The notes beneath the pieces are model-generated. The model ran no database searches. It was not told where the DNA came from and worked only from the letters and a program-made list of their open reading frames with translations. Position numbers and translations under genes: made by a program. DNA of 57,001 nt from Ruditapes philippinarum (taxonomy: Eukaryota), in assembly GCF_026571515.1 (NCBI RefSeq), contig NW_026862297.1, forward strand, positions 1 through 57,001, read 5' to 3'. Below are positions 1-13,840 of this stretch, piece after piece (position 1 is the first letter of the stretch; the number at the start of each line of letters is the position of its first letter).

Positions 1-1586
1 AAGAGGGAATTGCAAAACAGTTTAGATCTTTTACACACATATTGTGATACCTGGGGTTTGGAGGTAAACGCGGAGAAAACAAAAATTATGGTGTTTAGAA
101 AACGCAGAGTTTATTTACCTAACGAGAGTTGGACCTACAATGGCCATAACATTGAAAATGTAAATGATTTTAATTATCTTGGAACGGTGTTTAACTACAC
201 CGGTAATTTTTCAATGAATCAGGAGCACTTATCAGGTAAAGCTTTAAAGGCACTGAATGTGCTCTTGGTAAAATGTAATAAGTTTAAATTAAAACCCTTA
301 CTGTTATGTCAGTTATTTGACGCATTTTGTTGGTGCTATATTGAACTATTCATCAGAACTATGGGGTTACACAAAATCAAAGGTAATTGAAAGAATCCAT
401 CTTAAGTTTTGCAAACGTATTTTAAATGTTAGAATTTCAACCGCAAGTGCTGGTGTTTACGGCGAGTTAGGAAGATTCCCGCTATATATAACAAGATACG
501 TAAGAATTGTAAAATATTGGTGTAAATTGCAACAGTCAGATAATATTATTTTACAAAAGACATATGAACAGGGTTTGATAGATTGTATTAAAGGACGTAA
601 AAACTGGGTTTCAAACGTTAAAAAATTACTAAGTGATTATGGATTTGCAGATGTTTTCCTCAATCCTAGATCGGTTGATTTGAAAAAATTTCCTAATATT
701 TTTAAGACACGAATCGTTGATTGTTATAAACAAGATTGGAACGCATCAGTAAATAATTGTGGCAGTGCTTGAAAATTATAAACATATTAAGCAAGCGCTA
801 AGGTATGAAACTTATTTGGATATTTTACCTTTTAATCTAAGAAGTTATTATACTCGTACAAAACTACGTTTATCAGCACACTCACTTAGGATACAGGTCG
901 TTATTCAAGAAATAGAATACCTAGAAATGAAATATATTGTTTGCAATGCAATTTGTTGGACTAAGAAGATGAATTTCACTTTTTATTTAAATGGCTATGT
1001 TATGAAGATATAAGGAAGAAATACATTAAAAGATACTTTTTTCAAAGGCCGAGTGTGTTTAAAATGATGCAGCTGCTAACAAATAAAAATCATACGGTAA
1101 TAACAAATCTAGCAATATATATTAAAGCCGCTACATACGTACGACTTTCACTGTTAAGTAGCTTATATTCACGTGCATTGTTCATCCTTTGTATACTGTT
1201 TCACAATGTTCATCCTCTCTATACTGTTTAATCTTAATTGATATCAAATTATATGATTACAAGCAAATGTTCTTCAGATTTTTGAACACAATAAAATTTC
1301 TTTCATCTGTTTGTTAAAATGGTTTCTCGACCTATGCACATAATTAATTTAAATTATATGATTGCATAGATGTGTTTATTGTATGATGAATTACTTTTGC
1401 ACAAATCTAAAATACTATTCCTGCTTTGTTTTACTTAGTATGTATTATTGTGCAATCAATATACTTTTCAAGTGTAAACATAACCATGTGACATGATATA
1501 TTGTATTATATATATATATTTGCAAGACGATGTATTATGTACAAGTCTCAAATAAAATGTCTGTTCTGTTCTGTTCTGTTCTGTTC
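1..1586 (+). mobile_element. 3' part of a degraded non-LTR retrotransposon (RTE-X-like LINE, clade tentative) with 3' UTR and (TTCTG)n tail
   Basis: Frameshifted ORFs 10-390, 317-772 and 759-1013 give the RT C-terminal region (ELQNSLD..WGLEVNAEKTKIMVF, YLG, GELGRFPL, RLSAHSLRIQ, then C..C..EDEFHF in another frame). AATAAA at about 1552 is followed by the (TTCTG)n tail to 1586. Runs off the left edge. Confidence 0.9.
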
Positions 1587-4195
1587 TTATTAGTGTGAGA
1601 AAAATAAAATATAAATGTAAAATTATAGGGGACTGAAACTATTTATATGGATAACACAATAATAACCACATTCCTGTTAATTGCTTTAGTGAGTAAATTC
1701 AAACATTTCTATCAAACTGTGATTGCATTGTTACACTTCTTTTTAAAGTCACGACAATATATAATTATATAAACAAACTGGTAAGTGGATTTAATTTATA
1801 CTTCATTAATGGTGAATTAAAAAATAATTATCATTAAAAACAACAATCAAAACAAACAAAAACATCTGAAATTAGACGTAATTGTTCCAAAGTAATTAAC
1901 GGTCACACCCATTTTGTTATATAAAAACAAACTGTGAAATGCTGATCAAAAAATGGAGAGTATAGACCACCTTGAAATAAAGTTTAAACAAAATGTTATT
2001 TACCGCGATTCTTAACATCTTTAATCAGCATGCCTTCAAATTAATGATAATTTTCTTGAAAATTTTGAAACTATTTTATAGTAATTATGTTGTAGTTATA
2101 TATTTTAGAGTGAACACATTGCAAACAGCACTTTCAATCCACGTATATTACCAAAATTGGTCAAAAGGAGCAAAAAAATTCCTTACTGCGTTAGTCACGC
2201 AATAGAAATATGGTGATGATAACAGAAAAAGAATGTTGACTATTTTAAAATGTAACGTTCATTTTTTCTCACGTTTGATTTTCTTGAAACATGTTGGCTC
2301 ACCTGGAGGCAAGACTTTTAATCTGTTTTCATTCTCAAAATCTAAAGTGACATTATGCTCATAATATTGCTATATACCATATAGCAATATTATACAAAAA
2401 AGAATTACCGCCATTTTTGCCTAATTTTTATTTTATTAGTAACTTTCTCGCCTATGTGAACCAAGGATAACTATGGTGAATACTATATGACATGCATGAT
2501 ATTAATAAAATAATCCATAAATATCAATATTCAGTACTTTTATTTCAAACATATGTATGAATTTTCCAAAATATAATTTCTATTTAATTCGTGAAATATT
2601 AAAAGCCCACTATACCGCATATATAAATAAATTTTTCAATATTTAGACGGGGCAAAAATGAATTTTATTATGTTTAAATAATGGTTTTAGAGCATGTTAG
2701 ATACTTATCACTTGAAGAAAGTAGCACTTTCATTGTAATTTAAGTCATCAATTAAATTATAAAATGTAAACAAAATAGTATTTTGACATCCATACAAAAT
2801 ATGCATTTATTTCCAAAAGGCAACCGAAGCGAAACATTGTTCACGTAATTGGCGAATCAGTTATGAAAACTAAAGCAGGATATGAAAATATTAAAAGCTT
2901 TTCAGAGAGAAATAAAAGCATTTATCAGACATAATGGGCCTTTAAGTAAATGTGGCAAAATGAGTTGATGTCTCTAACAGAAATTCGTCAATCTTAATAA
3001 ATATTACGAAGTGGTAAAATATACCTACATATGAAATTCAGTATTAAATCCGAGAGAAATATACACAAAATAAAACAGCTTTTTATTTGTGTAAATAATT
3101 AAAGTATAAATGTAAAAATATAGGGGACTGAAACTATTTATATGGACAACACTATAATAACCACATTCCTGTTAATTGCTACTATATTGAGTAAATTCAA
3201 ACATTTCTATCAAACTGTGATTGCATTGTCACGATTCTTTTTAGAGTCGAGACAATATATAATTATATAAACAAACTGGTAAGTGGACCTTTTATACCTC
3301 ATTAATGAAGATTTAAGAAAATAATTATTATTTAAACAACAACAACATAACTGAATTTAGACGTTATTATAATTGTTCCTTAGTAATTAACAGTCACACC
3401 CCTTTTCTTATATAAAACCAAACTGTGAAGTGCTGATCAGTCTTTTGTCTTTTTGTATTACATTAATTACTAATATTAAAAAGGTAAGGAGATAATTATA
3501 TAATTGTACAATGTTGTTTTGTTATCAACTTTAATTTGAGATTTAAATTTATTAAGAACAAAATATAATTTATTAAATGTGGATCTGGACTTAAATGAAA
3601 ATCTAGTTACATAAATTATTATGATTTAATGATTATAAATTAACAGAACAGAATAGAACATAACTGTTCTCAAACCAAAATTATATAGAATTTATACAAA
3701 AAATCATGCTGGGCCTTTAAAAAATGTCAGTTTAGCGTGATTTTAGTATATAAGATCATATATTCTTGTAATTAGCTTGCCTGAATATCCCTTTAAATCA
3801 AGAAAAGTAAGTACATACATTGTAGATTATTTCTTGAATCTTTTTACCTTTCTTAAATACATTATCTCAAGTTTGAATCTTTGTGTTGGCTCATCTGGAG
3901 CCGTGTAGCTTTAATCCCTTTTAGACTAAATTTTATCACCACAGAGCATCCATCCTTTTTTCACTATAACTATAAGTACATAATAACGTTATTTTTATTT
4001 TGAAAAGCAGACAAGAAAACTTTTACATAACATTGTGTTTGTTTTACTCAAAACCGTTGTAAATAAACAGTCATGCTATAAGACAAATTTGTATTTCCTA
4101 TAAATGTCAGTCTATCACAAGAACCATTGTTAATTGTCGAGATATTCCGAATGGTTGTTCGATTTACCATACAGACTGTTCTATTATTAACATCT

Positions 4196-4904
4196 TATTC
4201 CCTGAGGTCTGGAGACCGCAGGGTATTGGTACGCGTTTAACTTTTGAGGCATGGAGGAGCACGTGACCTGTTTTCGGTACATGGAGGAGCATGTGATCTG
4301 TAAACCGTACATGATTGGTTAATTGACCTTTTCGAAAACCTGGCTAAATACCGTTTGCCGGTACGTTACGGATAATCCTCTAGGTTACACATAATTAAGA
4401 ACAAAAAACTATTACGTGATATTTTTAATTTTCTATAATTATAATACCGTTTAAGGTGGAAAAACTTGAATGATGTGTTTGAAAATTAACAATGTTTCTT
4501 TAATATGTATCTCAAAATGTTACAAACAATAAATTGTTTATACTGAAAATCTACAAAATTAAAATATTCATAGTGGCATCTGCCATAATATTAAAATAGA
4601 GATGTTTTCTGCGAAAACTTGTGTGTTTGCTTTTTGTTTGTTTTTTTTTTGCTCGGAATTATTCATAAAATGGTAGGCATATTTAATCATTTTCTTAAAA
4701 AGAAATAATTGTTTTATGTTCGACCTTCTCCGGTCATTAACGGTCACCAGTTTCCAAAGACCTTCTTCTATATTGATCGATTATTGTCAACTATATTCCT
4801 GATACAAACGTTTATTTATCCACCCACCCAAACAATGTTGAAGATAGTTAAATGAAATATCTTTATATCATCAAAAATATTCCCCGCAGGAAACCATTTT
4901 ACTT
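4196..4904. mobile_element. About 700-bp insertion, putative non-autonomous Helentron/HINE-like element (second copy about 8737-9451)
   Basis: Absent from the homologous flank of copy 3 (ATTAACATCT|AATTTCAC at about 15021). Has a hairpin-like left end (CCCTGAGG..CCGCAGGG), an internal 30-bp tandem repeat (CATGGAGGAGCACGTGACCTG..) and a right end CCCCGCAGGAAACCATTTTACTTGTT. Confidence 0.5.
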
Positions 4905-5234
4905 GTTTCATACTAACTTACTTCACGATCTGATTGGTGTTTTTCTTTTTTTTTGGGGGGGGGGGGGCGACATTTAGGCATTTATATTTCAAAATAAAGA
5001 GATAAAAACAGACATTGAGAAATATAAATTTATTAGATAAAACGTTGTCTTTTGTGCTTTATTCTTTTGAAATAGACATTTTAAAAATGTACATCGTATC
5101 ATTCAAGTAACAATACATCAAACATATAAACAAGTCCTGAGCTTACTAACGAATTGAAAATTTTAATATCTAGGTTTCATTCTAGATACATTCCTAGTTT
5201 AACACATGTATATAATCAATTATTCTTACAATGT

Positions 5235-6239
5235 TCAGCAAATGTCACCATAACCTCTATGAAACTTCAAGTGAAGCTGCAAGTCTAATAACTGAGAAAA
5301 TGTCTTATAACATCCGGGAACATAACACATACATGGTTTCACTTTGTTGTGCGCCTGCTGATGAATCGTCTGCGCATGCCTAGAACGGAAGCACCGGAAG
5401 CAGAATCTGCACTGGTAAATGGCGGGATTTCTCTGATCAACTGAACACTCATGACCACTGTTCCCGCGCACGTGACTTTCGTGACGTTGTAAATGTCTCT
5501 GTAGAAAACGGTATGTCACTATTTCTTCACACAATCCACATTTCACTTTATCAACATAGCCTAATATCAGTTCGTGTTTGGTCACATGACCACTCTTGCT
5601 GAAGTAAGAATCCTGCAGACGACACTGATCCCTGTTTGCGATATGAATATCATGATGAATACAAGCGTCCGTAAGATCCGAACAAACATCTTCACACACA
5701 TGGCACCAGAAAGCACACTTATTCATAGATTCACTTTCACACACGTTCATAGAATGGTTGTTTATACTGTCGTCTGCCGAAAAGTGAGAACTTGAAACCT
5801 GAGCAGGTACATGTACGTCAGAACATCCGCTAGAATCTTCACAATTGCTGCTCTCAGTACCAATTATAGAATCAATAGAAAACGGTAGGTGGCGCTTTGA
5901 TCTCAAATTGTCGTCTGCTATCTGTACAGTGTGAGACGCTGGCGGTGAAATACTGTAGAAATCACTTCGGATGTAGGTTGGTGACGTTGAGTAACCTTGA
6001 TCCCCATATAGATACTCATAACTCGGATAGTCATTTTCTGTATCAGTGTTGCTAGTGTAGTCACCTGAACAAATAGCAGTAGAAACCTCGTCGTCGTCGT
6101 CGGACTGAGGTGAAACTTCCCGGTGGATTATCTCGTCGGTAATCATGCCGCTCACATGGTCACTAATTGTAACAACGAACTCGTCATCATTATCTTTCCC
6201 GGCAGCCATTGACAGGAAGCCTGACATCAAATCTTCCAT
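5235..6239 (-). CDS. C2H2 zinc-finger protein (4 fingers, acidic N-terminus, eh1-like motif), copy 1; single coding exon, 334 aa
   Basis: Fingers CHVC-x12-H-x3-H, CGLC-x11-H-x3-H, CRFC-x12-H-x3-H and CYVPGC-x12-H-x3-H; motif FSIDSIIG. ATG at 6239 lies 5 nt after the acceptor TTTTTCAG (exon starts 6244), so the first 14 aa of the listed ORF are probably intronic. Confidence 0.88.
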   Translation of the reverse strand: MEDLMSGFLSMAAGKDNDDEFVVTISDHVSGMITDEIIHREVSPQSDDDDEVSTAICSGDYTSNTDTENDYPSYEYLYGDQGYSTSPTYIRSDFYSISPPASHTVQIADDNLRSKRHLPFSIDSIIGTESSNCEDSSGCSDVHVPAQVSSSHFSADDSINNHSMNVCESESMNKCAFWCHVCEDVCSDLTDACIHHDIHIANRDQCRLQDSYFSKSGHVTKHELILGYVDKVKCGLCEEIVTYRFLQRHLQRHESHVRGNSGHECSVDQRNPAIYQCRFCFRCFRSRHAQTIHQQAHNKVKPCMCYVPGCYKTFSQLLDLQLHLKFHRGYGDIC

Positions 6240-6274
6240 ATTCACTGAAAAATATAATAAAAACGTCAGTGAAA

Positions 6275-6820
6275 ATGGCAATTTATTATTAATTTTTAAG
6301 GCGAAACTGAACTTGCTATCATAACTTTGAATAATTATAGGTTAACATACAATTTTCTGTACAATACGGGAATATATTTGGACGAGTACACAGCTTGATT
6401 TGAATTGACAGATATAATGGATATTTTTCAGATGTTACAGTATTTATAGATTTTTCATTTACTGTGAGTCCAAAAAAATGACAGTTAAAATGGCCTAAAC
6501 AAATTATACATTGTAACAACTTAATTTATCATTAATATCTGTATAATGAACATCATAATTATATAACTGTAAATCCAAAAAATATCATATTGACACCCAT
6601 AATTTGATCTACAATATTGACAATAGTATAATGTTTATATAACGCAAATGACGTCACGTCAAAATATATGCACGGTCGTTTAGTGCATATGTACACAAAC
6701 GTTCAATATGATAATATTTTTTTTTTTAATCCAGTTTTTTTTAATCCAATACGGGAATATATTGGACGGTCACGAGGTACAAATGCAGATTGTCGATTGG
6801 TTAGATATATTAGATATATA
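6275..6820. repeat. About 0.5-kb intronic segment present in ZF copies 1/2 but not copy 3; probable repeat-derived insertion
   Basis: Copy 3 joins CAGTGAAAAT to AATAAAGACTTTATTCA within about 10 bp (16353-16385). Internal direct repeat CAATACGGGAATATATT(T)GGACG at about 6362 and 6747. Confidence 0.5.
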
Positions 6821-7564
6821 ATAAAGACTTTATTCAACATTCTTCTTTGATGCAAAACATGTATCAAATGTGTTTTACTGTAAACTTTATTAGACAGGAA
6901 TATGTTATTTCCCGAACCATATAGCAATATTATACAAAAAAGAATTACCGCCATTTTTGCCTAATTTTTATTTTATTAGTAACTTTCTCGCCTATGTGAA
7001 CCAAGGATAACTATGGTGAATACTATATGACATGCATGATATTAATAAAATAATCCATAAATATCAATATTCAGTACTTTTATTTCAAACATATGTATGA
7101 ATTTTCCAAAATATAATTTCTATTTAATTCGTGAAATATTAAAAGCCCACTATACCGCATATATAAATAAATTTTTCAATATTTAGACGGGGCAAAAATG
7201 AATTTTATTATGTTTAAATAATGGTTTTAGAGCATGTTAGATACTTATCACTTGAAGAAAGTAGCACTTTCATTGTAATTTAAGTCATCAATTAAATTAT
7301 AAAATGTAAACAAAATAGTATTTTGACATCCATACAAAATATGCATTTATTTCCAAAAGGCAACCGAAGCGAAACATTGTTCACGTAATTGGCGAATCAG
7401 TTATGAAAACTAAAGCAGGATATGAAAATATTAAAAGCTTTTCAGAGAGAAATAAAAGCATTTATCAGACATAATGGGCCTTTAAGTAAATGTGGCAAAA
7501 TGAGTTGATGTCTCTAACAGAAATTCGTCAATCTTAATAAATATTACGAAGTGGTAAAATATAC

Positions 7565-7760
7565 CTACATATGAAATTCAGTATTAAATCCGAGAGAAAT
7601 ATACACAAAATAAAACAGCTTTTTATTTGTGTAAATAATTAAAGTATAAATGTAAAAAATATAGGGGACTGAAACTATTTATATGGACAACACTATAATA
7701 ACCACATTCCTGTTAATTGCTACTATATTGAGTAAATTCAAACATTTCTATCAAACTGTG
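7565..7760 (-). promoter_or_regulatory. Putative TATA promoter plus short non-coding first exon of ZF copy 1
   Basis: Minus-strand TATAAATA at 7676-7683 and a GT donor about 110 nt downstream (GTATAT, 7559-7564). The module is conserved at the equivalent position upstream of every ZF copy. Confidence 0.55.
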
Positions 7761-9781
7761 ATTGCATTGTCACGATTCTTTTTAGAGTCGAGACAATATA
7801 TAATTATATAAACAAACTGGTAAGTGGACCTTTTATACCTCATTAATGAAGATTTAAGAAAATAATTATTATTTAAACAACAACAACATAACTGAATTTA
7901 GACGTTATTATAATTGTTCCTTAGTAATTAACAGTCACACCCCTTTTCTTATATAAAACCAAACTGTGAAGTGCTGATCAGTCTTTTGTCTTTTTGTATT
8001 ACATTAATTACTAATATTAAAAAGGTAAGGAGATAATTATATAATTGTACAATGTTGTTTTGTTATCAACTTTAATTTGAGATTTAAATTTATTAAGAAC
8101 AAAATATAATTTATTAAATGTGGATCTGGACTTAAATGAAAATCTAGTTACATAAATTATTATGATTTAATGATTATAAATTAACAGAACAGAATAGAAC
8201 ATAACTGTTCTCAAACCAAAATTATATAGAATTTATACAAAAAATCATGCTGGGCCTTTAAAAAATGTCAGTTTAGCGTGATTTTAGTATATAAGATCAT
8301 ATATTCTTGTAATTAGCTTGCCTGAATATCCCTTTAAATCAAGAAAAATAAGTACATACATTGTAGATTATTTCTTGAATCTTTTTACCTTTCTTAAATA
8401 CATTATCTCAAGTTTGAATCTTTGTGTTGGCTCATCTGGAGCCGTGTAGCTTTAATCCCTTTTAGACTAAATTTTATCACCACAGAGCATCCATCCTTTT
8501 TTCACTATAACTATAAGTACATAATAACGTTTTTTTTATTTTGAAAAGCAGACAAGAAAACTTTTACATAACATTGTGTTTGTTTTACTCAAAACCGTTG
8601 TAAATAAACAGTCATGCTATAAGACAAATTTGTATTTCCTATAAATGTCAGTCTATCACAAGAACCATTGTTAATTGTCGAGATATTCCGAATGGTTGTT
8701 CGATTTACCATACAGACTGTTCTATTATTAACATCTTATTCCCTGAGGTCTGGAGACCGCAGGGTATTGGTACGCGTTTAACTTTTGAGGCATGGAGGAG
8801 CACGTGACCTGTTTTCGGTACATGGAGGAGCATGTGATCTGTAAACCGTACATGATTGGTTAATTGACCTTTTCGAAAACCTGGCTAAATACCGTTTGCC
8901 GGTACGTTACGGATAATCCTCTAGGTTACACATAATTAAGAACAAAAAACTATTACGTGATATTTTTAATTTTCTATAATTATAATACCGTTTAAGGTGG
9001 AAAAACTTGAATGATGTGTTTGAAAATTAACAATGTTTCTTTAATATGTATCTCAAAATGTTACAAACAATAAATTGTTTATACTGAAAATCTACAAAAT
9101 TAAAATATTCATAGTGGCATCTGCCATAATGTTAAAATAGAGATGTTTTCTGCGAAAACTTGTGTGTTTGCTTTTTGTTTGTTTTTTTTTTTGCTCGGAA
9201 TTATTCATAAAATGGTAGGCCTATTTAATCATTTTCTTAAAAAGAAATAATTGTTTTATGTTCGACCTTCTCCGGTCATTAACGGTCACCAGTTTCCAAA
9301 GACCTTCTTCTATATTGATCGATTATTGTCAACTATATTCCTGATACAAACGTTTATTTATCCACCCACCCAAACAATGTTGAAGATAGTTAAATGAAAT
9401 ATCTTTATATATCATCAAAAATATTCCCCGCAGGAAACCATTTTACTTGTTTCATACTAACTTACTTCACGATCTGATTGGTGTTTTTCTTTTTTTTTTG
9501 GGGGGGGGGGGGGGCGACATTTAGGCATTTATATTTCAAAATAAAGAGATAAAAACAGACATTGAGAAATATAAATTTATTAGATAAAACGTTGTCTTTT
9601 GTGCTTTATTCTTTTGAAATAGACATTTTAAAAATGTACATCGTATCATTCAAGTAACAATACATCAAACATATAAACAAGTCCTGAGCTTACTAACGAA
9701 TTGAAAATTTTAATATCTAGGTTTCATTCTAGATACATTCCTAGTTTAACACATGTATATAATCAATTATTCTTACAATGT

Positions 9782-10786
9782 TCAGCAAATGTCACCATAA
9801 CCTCTATGAAACTTCAAGTGAAGCTGCAAGTCTAATAACTGAGAAAATGTCTTATAACATCCGGGAACATAACACATACATGGTTTCACTTTGTTGTGCG
9901 CCTGCTGATGAATCGTCTGCGCATGCCTAGAACGGAAGCACCGGAAGCAGAATCTGCACTGGTAAATGGCGGGATTTCTCTGATCAACTGAACACTCATG
10001 ACCACTGTTCCCGCGCACGTGACTTTCGTGACGTTGTAAATGTCTCTGTAGAAAACGGTATGTCACTATTTCTTCACACAATCCACATTTCACTTTATCA
10101 ACATAGCCTAATATCAGTTCGTGTTTGGTCACATGACCACTCTTGCTGAAGTAAGAATCCTGCAGACGACACTGATCCCTGTTTGCGATATGAATATCAT
10201 GATGAATACAAGCGTCCGTAAGATCCGAACAAACATCTTCACACACATGGCACCAGAAAACACACTTATTCATAGATTCACTTTCACACACGTTCATAGA
10301 ATGGTTGTTTATACTGTCGTCTGCCGAAAAGTGAGAACTTGAAACCTGAGCAGGTACATGTACGTCAGAACATCCGCTAGAATCTTCACAATTGCTGCTC
10401 TCAGTACCAATTATAGAATCAATAGAAAACGGTAGGTGGCGCTTTGATCTCAAATTGTCGTCTGCTATCTGTACAGTGTGAGACGCTGGCGGTGAAATAC
10501 TGTAGAAATCACTTCGGATGTAGGTTGGTGACGTTGAGTAACCTTGATCCCCATATAGATACTCATAACTCGGATAGTCATTTTCTGTATCAGTGTTGCT
10601 AGTGTAGTCACCTGAACAAATAGCAGTAGAAACCTCGTCGTCGTCGTCGGACTGAGGTGAAACTTCCCGGTGGATTATCTCGTCGGTAATCATGCCGCTC
10701 ACATGGTCACTAATTGTTACAACGAACTCGTCATCATTATCTTTCCCGGCAGCCATTGACAGGAAGCCTGACATCAAATCTTCCAT
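9782..10786 (-). CDS. C2H2 zinc-finger protein with eh1-like motif, copy 2
   Basis: Protein identical to copy 1 except one residue (KCAFW vs KCVFW); same acceptor/ATG context. Confidence 0.88.
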   Translation of the reverse strand: MEDLMSGFLSMAAGKDNDDEFVVTISDHVSGMITDEIIHREVSPQSDDDDEVSTAICSGDYTSNTDTENDYPSYEYLYGDQGYSTSPTYIRSDFYSISPPASHTVQIADDNLRSKRHLPFSIDSIIGTESSNCEDSSGCSDVHVPAQVSSSHFSADDSINNHSMNVCESESMNKCVFWCHVCEDVCSDLTDACIHHDIHIANRDQCRLQDSYFSKSGHVTKHELILGYVDKVKCGLCEEIVTYRFLQRHLQRHESHVRGNSGHECSVDQRNPAIYQCRFCFRCFRSRHAQTIHQQAHNKVKPCMCYVPGCYKTFSQLLDLQLHLKFHRGYGDIC

Positions 10787-12081
10787 ATTCACTGAAAAAT
10801 ATAATAAAAACGTCAGTGAAAATGGCAATTTATTATTAATTTTTAAGGCGAAACTGAACTTGCTATCATAACTTTGAATAATTATAGGTTAACATACAAT
10901 TTTCTGTACAATACGGGAATATATTTGGACGAGTACACAGCTTGATTTGAATTGACAGATATAATGGATATTTTTCAGATGTTACAGTATTTATAGATTT
11001 TTCATTTACTGTGAGTCCAAAAAAATGACAGTTAAAATGGCCTAAACAAATTATACATTGTAACAACTTAATTTATCATTAATATCTGCATAATGAACAT
11101 CATAATTATATAACTGTAAATCCAAAAAATATCATATTGACACCCATAATTTGATCTACAATATTGACAATAGTATGTTTATATAACGCAAATGACGTCA
11201 CGTCAAAATATATGCACGGTCGTTTAGTGCATATGTACACAAACGTTCAATATGATAATAATTGTTTTAATACAATACGGGAATATATTGGACGGTCACG
11301 AGGTACAAATGCAGATTGTCGATTGGTTAGATATATAATAAAGACTTTATTCAATACTCTTCTTTGATGCAAAACATGTATCAAATGTGTTTTACTGTAA
11401 ACTTTATTAGACAGGAATATGTTATTTCCCGAACCATATAGCAATATTATACAAAAAAGAATTACCGCCATTTTTGCCTAATTTTTATTTTATTAGTAAC
11501 TTTCTCGCCTATGTGAACCAAGGATAACTATGGTGAATACTATATGACATGCATGATATTAATAAAATAATCCATAAATATCAATATTCAGTACTTTTAT
11601 TTCAAACATATGTATGAATTTTCCAAAATATAATTTCTATTTAATTCGTGAAATATTAAAAGCCCACTATACCGCATATATAAATAAATTTTTCAATATT
11701 TAGACGGGGCAAAAATGAATTTTATTATGTTTAAATAATGGTTTTAGAGCATGTTAGATACTTATCACTTGAAGAAAGTAGCACTTTCATTGTAATTTAA
11801 GTCATCAATTAAATTATAAAATGTAAACAAAATAGTATTTTGACATCCATACAAAATATGCATTTATTTCCAAAAGGCAACCGAAGCGAAACATTGTTCA
11901 CGTAATTGGCGAATCAGTTATGAAAACTAAAGCAGGATATGAAAATATTAAAAGCTTTTCAGAGAGAAATAAAAGCATTTATCAGACATAATGGGCCTTT
12001 AAGTAAATGTGGCAAAATGAGTTGATGTCTCTAACAGAAATTCGTCAATCTTAATAAATATTACGAAGTGGTAAAATATAC

Positions 12082-12280
12082 CTACATATGAAATTCAGTA
12101 TTAAATCCGAGAGAAATATACACAAAATAAAACAGCTTTTTATTTGTGTAAATAATTAAAGTATAAATGTAAAAATATAGGGGACTGAAACTATTTATAT
12201 GGACAACACTATAATAACCACATTCCTGTTAATTGCTACTATATTGAGTAAATTCAAACATTTCTATCAAACTGTGATTG
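12082..12280 (-). promoter_or_regulatory. Putative proximal TATA promoter/first exon of ZF copy 2
   Basis: TATAAATA at 12192-12199 (minus); donor GT at 12080-12081. Confidence 0.55.
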
Positions 12281-13637
12281 CATTGTCACGATTCTTTTTA
12301 GAGTCGAGACAATATATAATTATATAAACAAACTGGTAAGTGGACCTTTTATACCTCATTAATGAAGATTTAAGAAAATAATTATTATTTAAACAACAAC
12401 AACATAACTGAATTTAGACGTTATTATAATTGTTCCTTAGTAATTAACAGTCACACCCCTTTTCTTATATAAAACCAAACTGTGAAGTGCTGATCAGTCT
12501 TTTGTCTTTTTGTATTACATTAATTACTAATATTAAAAAGGTAAGGAGATAATTATATAATTGTACAATGTTGTTTTGTTATCAACTTTAATTTGAGATT
12601 TAAATTTATTAAGAACAAAATATAATTTATTAAATGTGGATCTGGACTTAAATGAAAATCTAGTTACATAAATTATTATGATTTAATGATTATAAATTAA
12701 CAGAACAGAATAGAACATAACTGTTCTCAAACCAAAATTATATAGAATTTATACAAAAAATCATGCTGGGCCTTTAAAAAATGTCAGTTTAGCGTGATTT
12801 TAGTATATAAGATCATATATTCTTGTAATTAGCTTGCCTGAATATCCCTTTAAATCAAGAAAAATAAGTACATACATTGTAGATTATTTCTTGAATCTTT
12901 TTACCTTTCTTAAATACATTTTCTCAAGTTTGAATCTTTGTGTTGGCTCATCTGGAGCCGTGCAGCTTTAATCCCTTTTAGACTAAATTTTATCACCACA
13001 GAGCATCCATCCTTTTTTCACTATAACTATAAGTGCATAATAACGTTATTTTTTATTTTGAAAAGCAGACAAGAAAACTTTTACATAACATTGTGTTTGT
13101 TTTACTCAAAACCGTTGTAAATAAACAGTCATGCTATAAGACAAATTTGTATATCCTATAAATGTCGGTCTATCACAAGAACAATATAATTCTCTACAAT
13201 ATCAGAATGAACATAACAGAACATATCTTTATTCAGACTTAGTACATCATCTTCAACTAAATATTCTGCACATGAATATACATGTATATTATTGAATATA
13301 CTCTGCACATGCATACAAAAATTACAACTTATCTAGGGTCATTTTCTGATGAATATTCCTACTAAATCCGGTATAACTTTAAAAAAAAAGCAAAAAAGTG
13401 CATTCCTTCCATAAATATAGCAGAAATAATTATATTAACTTACATTTGTCCCCGTGTGTAAGCATGAAAATTATGAATTATAGATTTCTTAGATATTTAG
13501 ATTTTGTACGTTTTTATAACAATTTTTCATAAAAAGTAGATTTTACAAAATGTCCAGATGTCACAAACTGAAACTCGTGTATAATCAAGTTAATATGTAG
13601 CTACATCGTAATTTGTAATGTGTAAAAATATACTTAC

Positions 13638-13840
13638 ATGTACGTTTGCAATTCAGTAATATCCAAGATATATACACAATAATAACTAAGCCTTTATTCC
13701 TTGTTTAGAGAAGTAAAGAAGTTAAGTAAAACGGACTTACTGAAATTATTTATATGGAGAACAATTACAATTAGCACATTCTTGGTAATTACTTTAGTGA
13801 GTAAATTAAAACATTTTTATCAAACTGTGATTGCATTTTA
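13638..13840 (-). promoter_or_regulatory. Diverged second (distal) TATA/first-exon module upstream of ZF copy 2
   Basis: Homologous to the proximal module; TATAAATA at 13747-13754; consensus donor GTAAGT at 13632-13637. Confidence 0.45.

Larger units (their letters stand above)
2376..13182. repeat. Recent tandem duplication, about 4.5-kb unit, about 2.4 copies (partial 2376-4124, full 4125-8665, full 8666-13182)
   Basis: Near-identical sequence recurs at 2376, 6916 and 11433 (ACCATATAGCAATATTATAC). Differences are a few SNPs, homopolymer lengths and short indels near 6715-6820 vs 11255-11340. Confidence 0.97.

Noticed and set aside
5574-5795. Antisense ORFs over the ZF genes (also 10121-10342, 15671-15985)
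   Set aside because: Shadow frames of the real CDS; lengths differ between paralogs.
6240-6281. Hydrophobic N-terminal extension MPFSLTFLLYFSVN as a signal peptide
   Set aside because: It is the polypyrimidine tract/acceptor read in frame and is not conserved in copy 3.
6649-6656. Perfect CRE site TGACGTCA in the ZF intron
   Set aside because: A single 8-mer within a segment absent from copy 3; no independent support.
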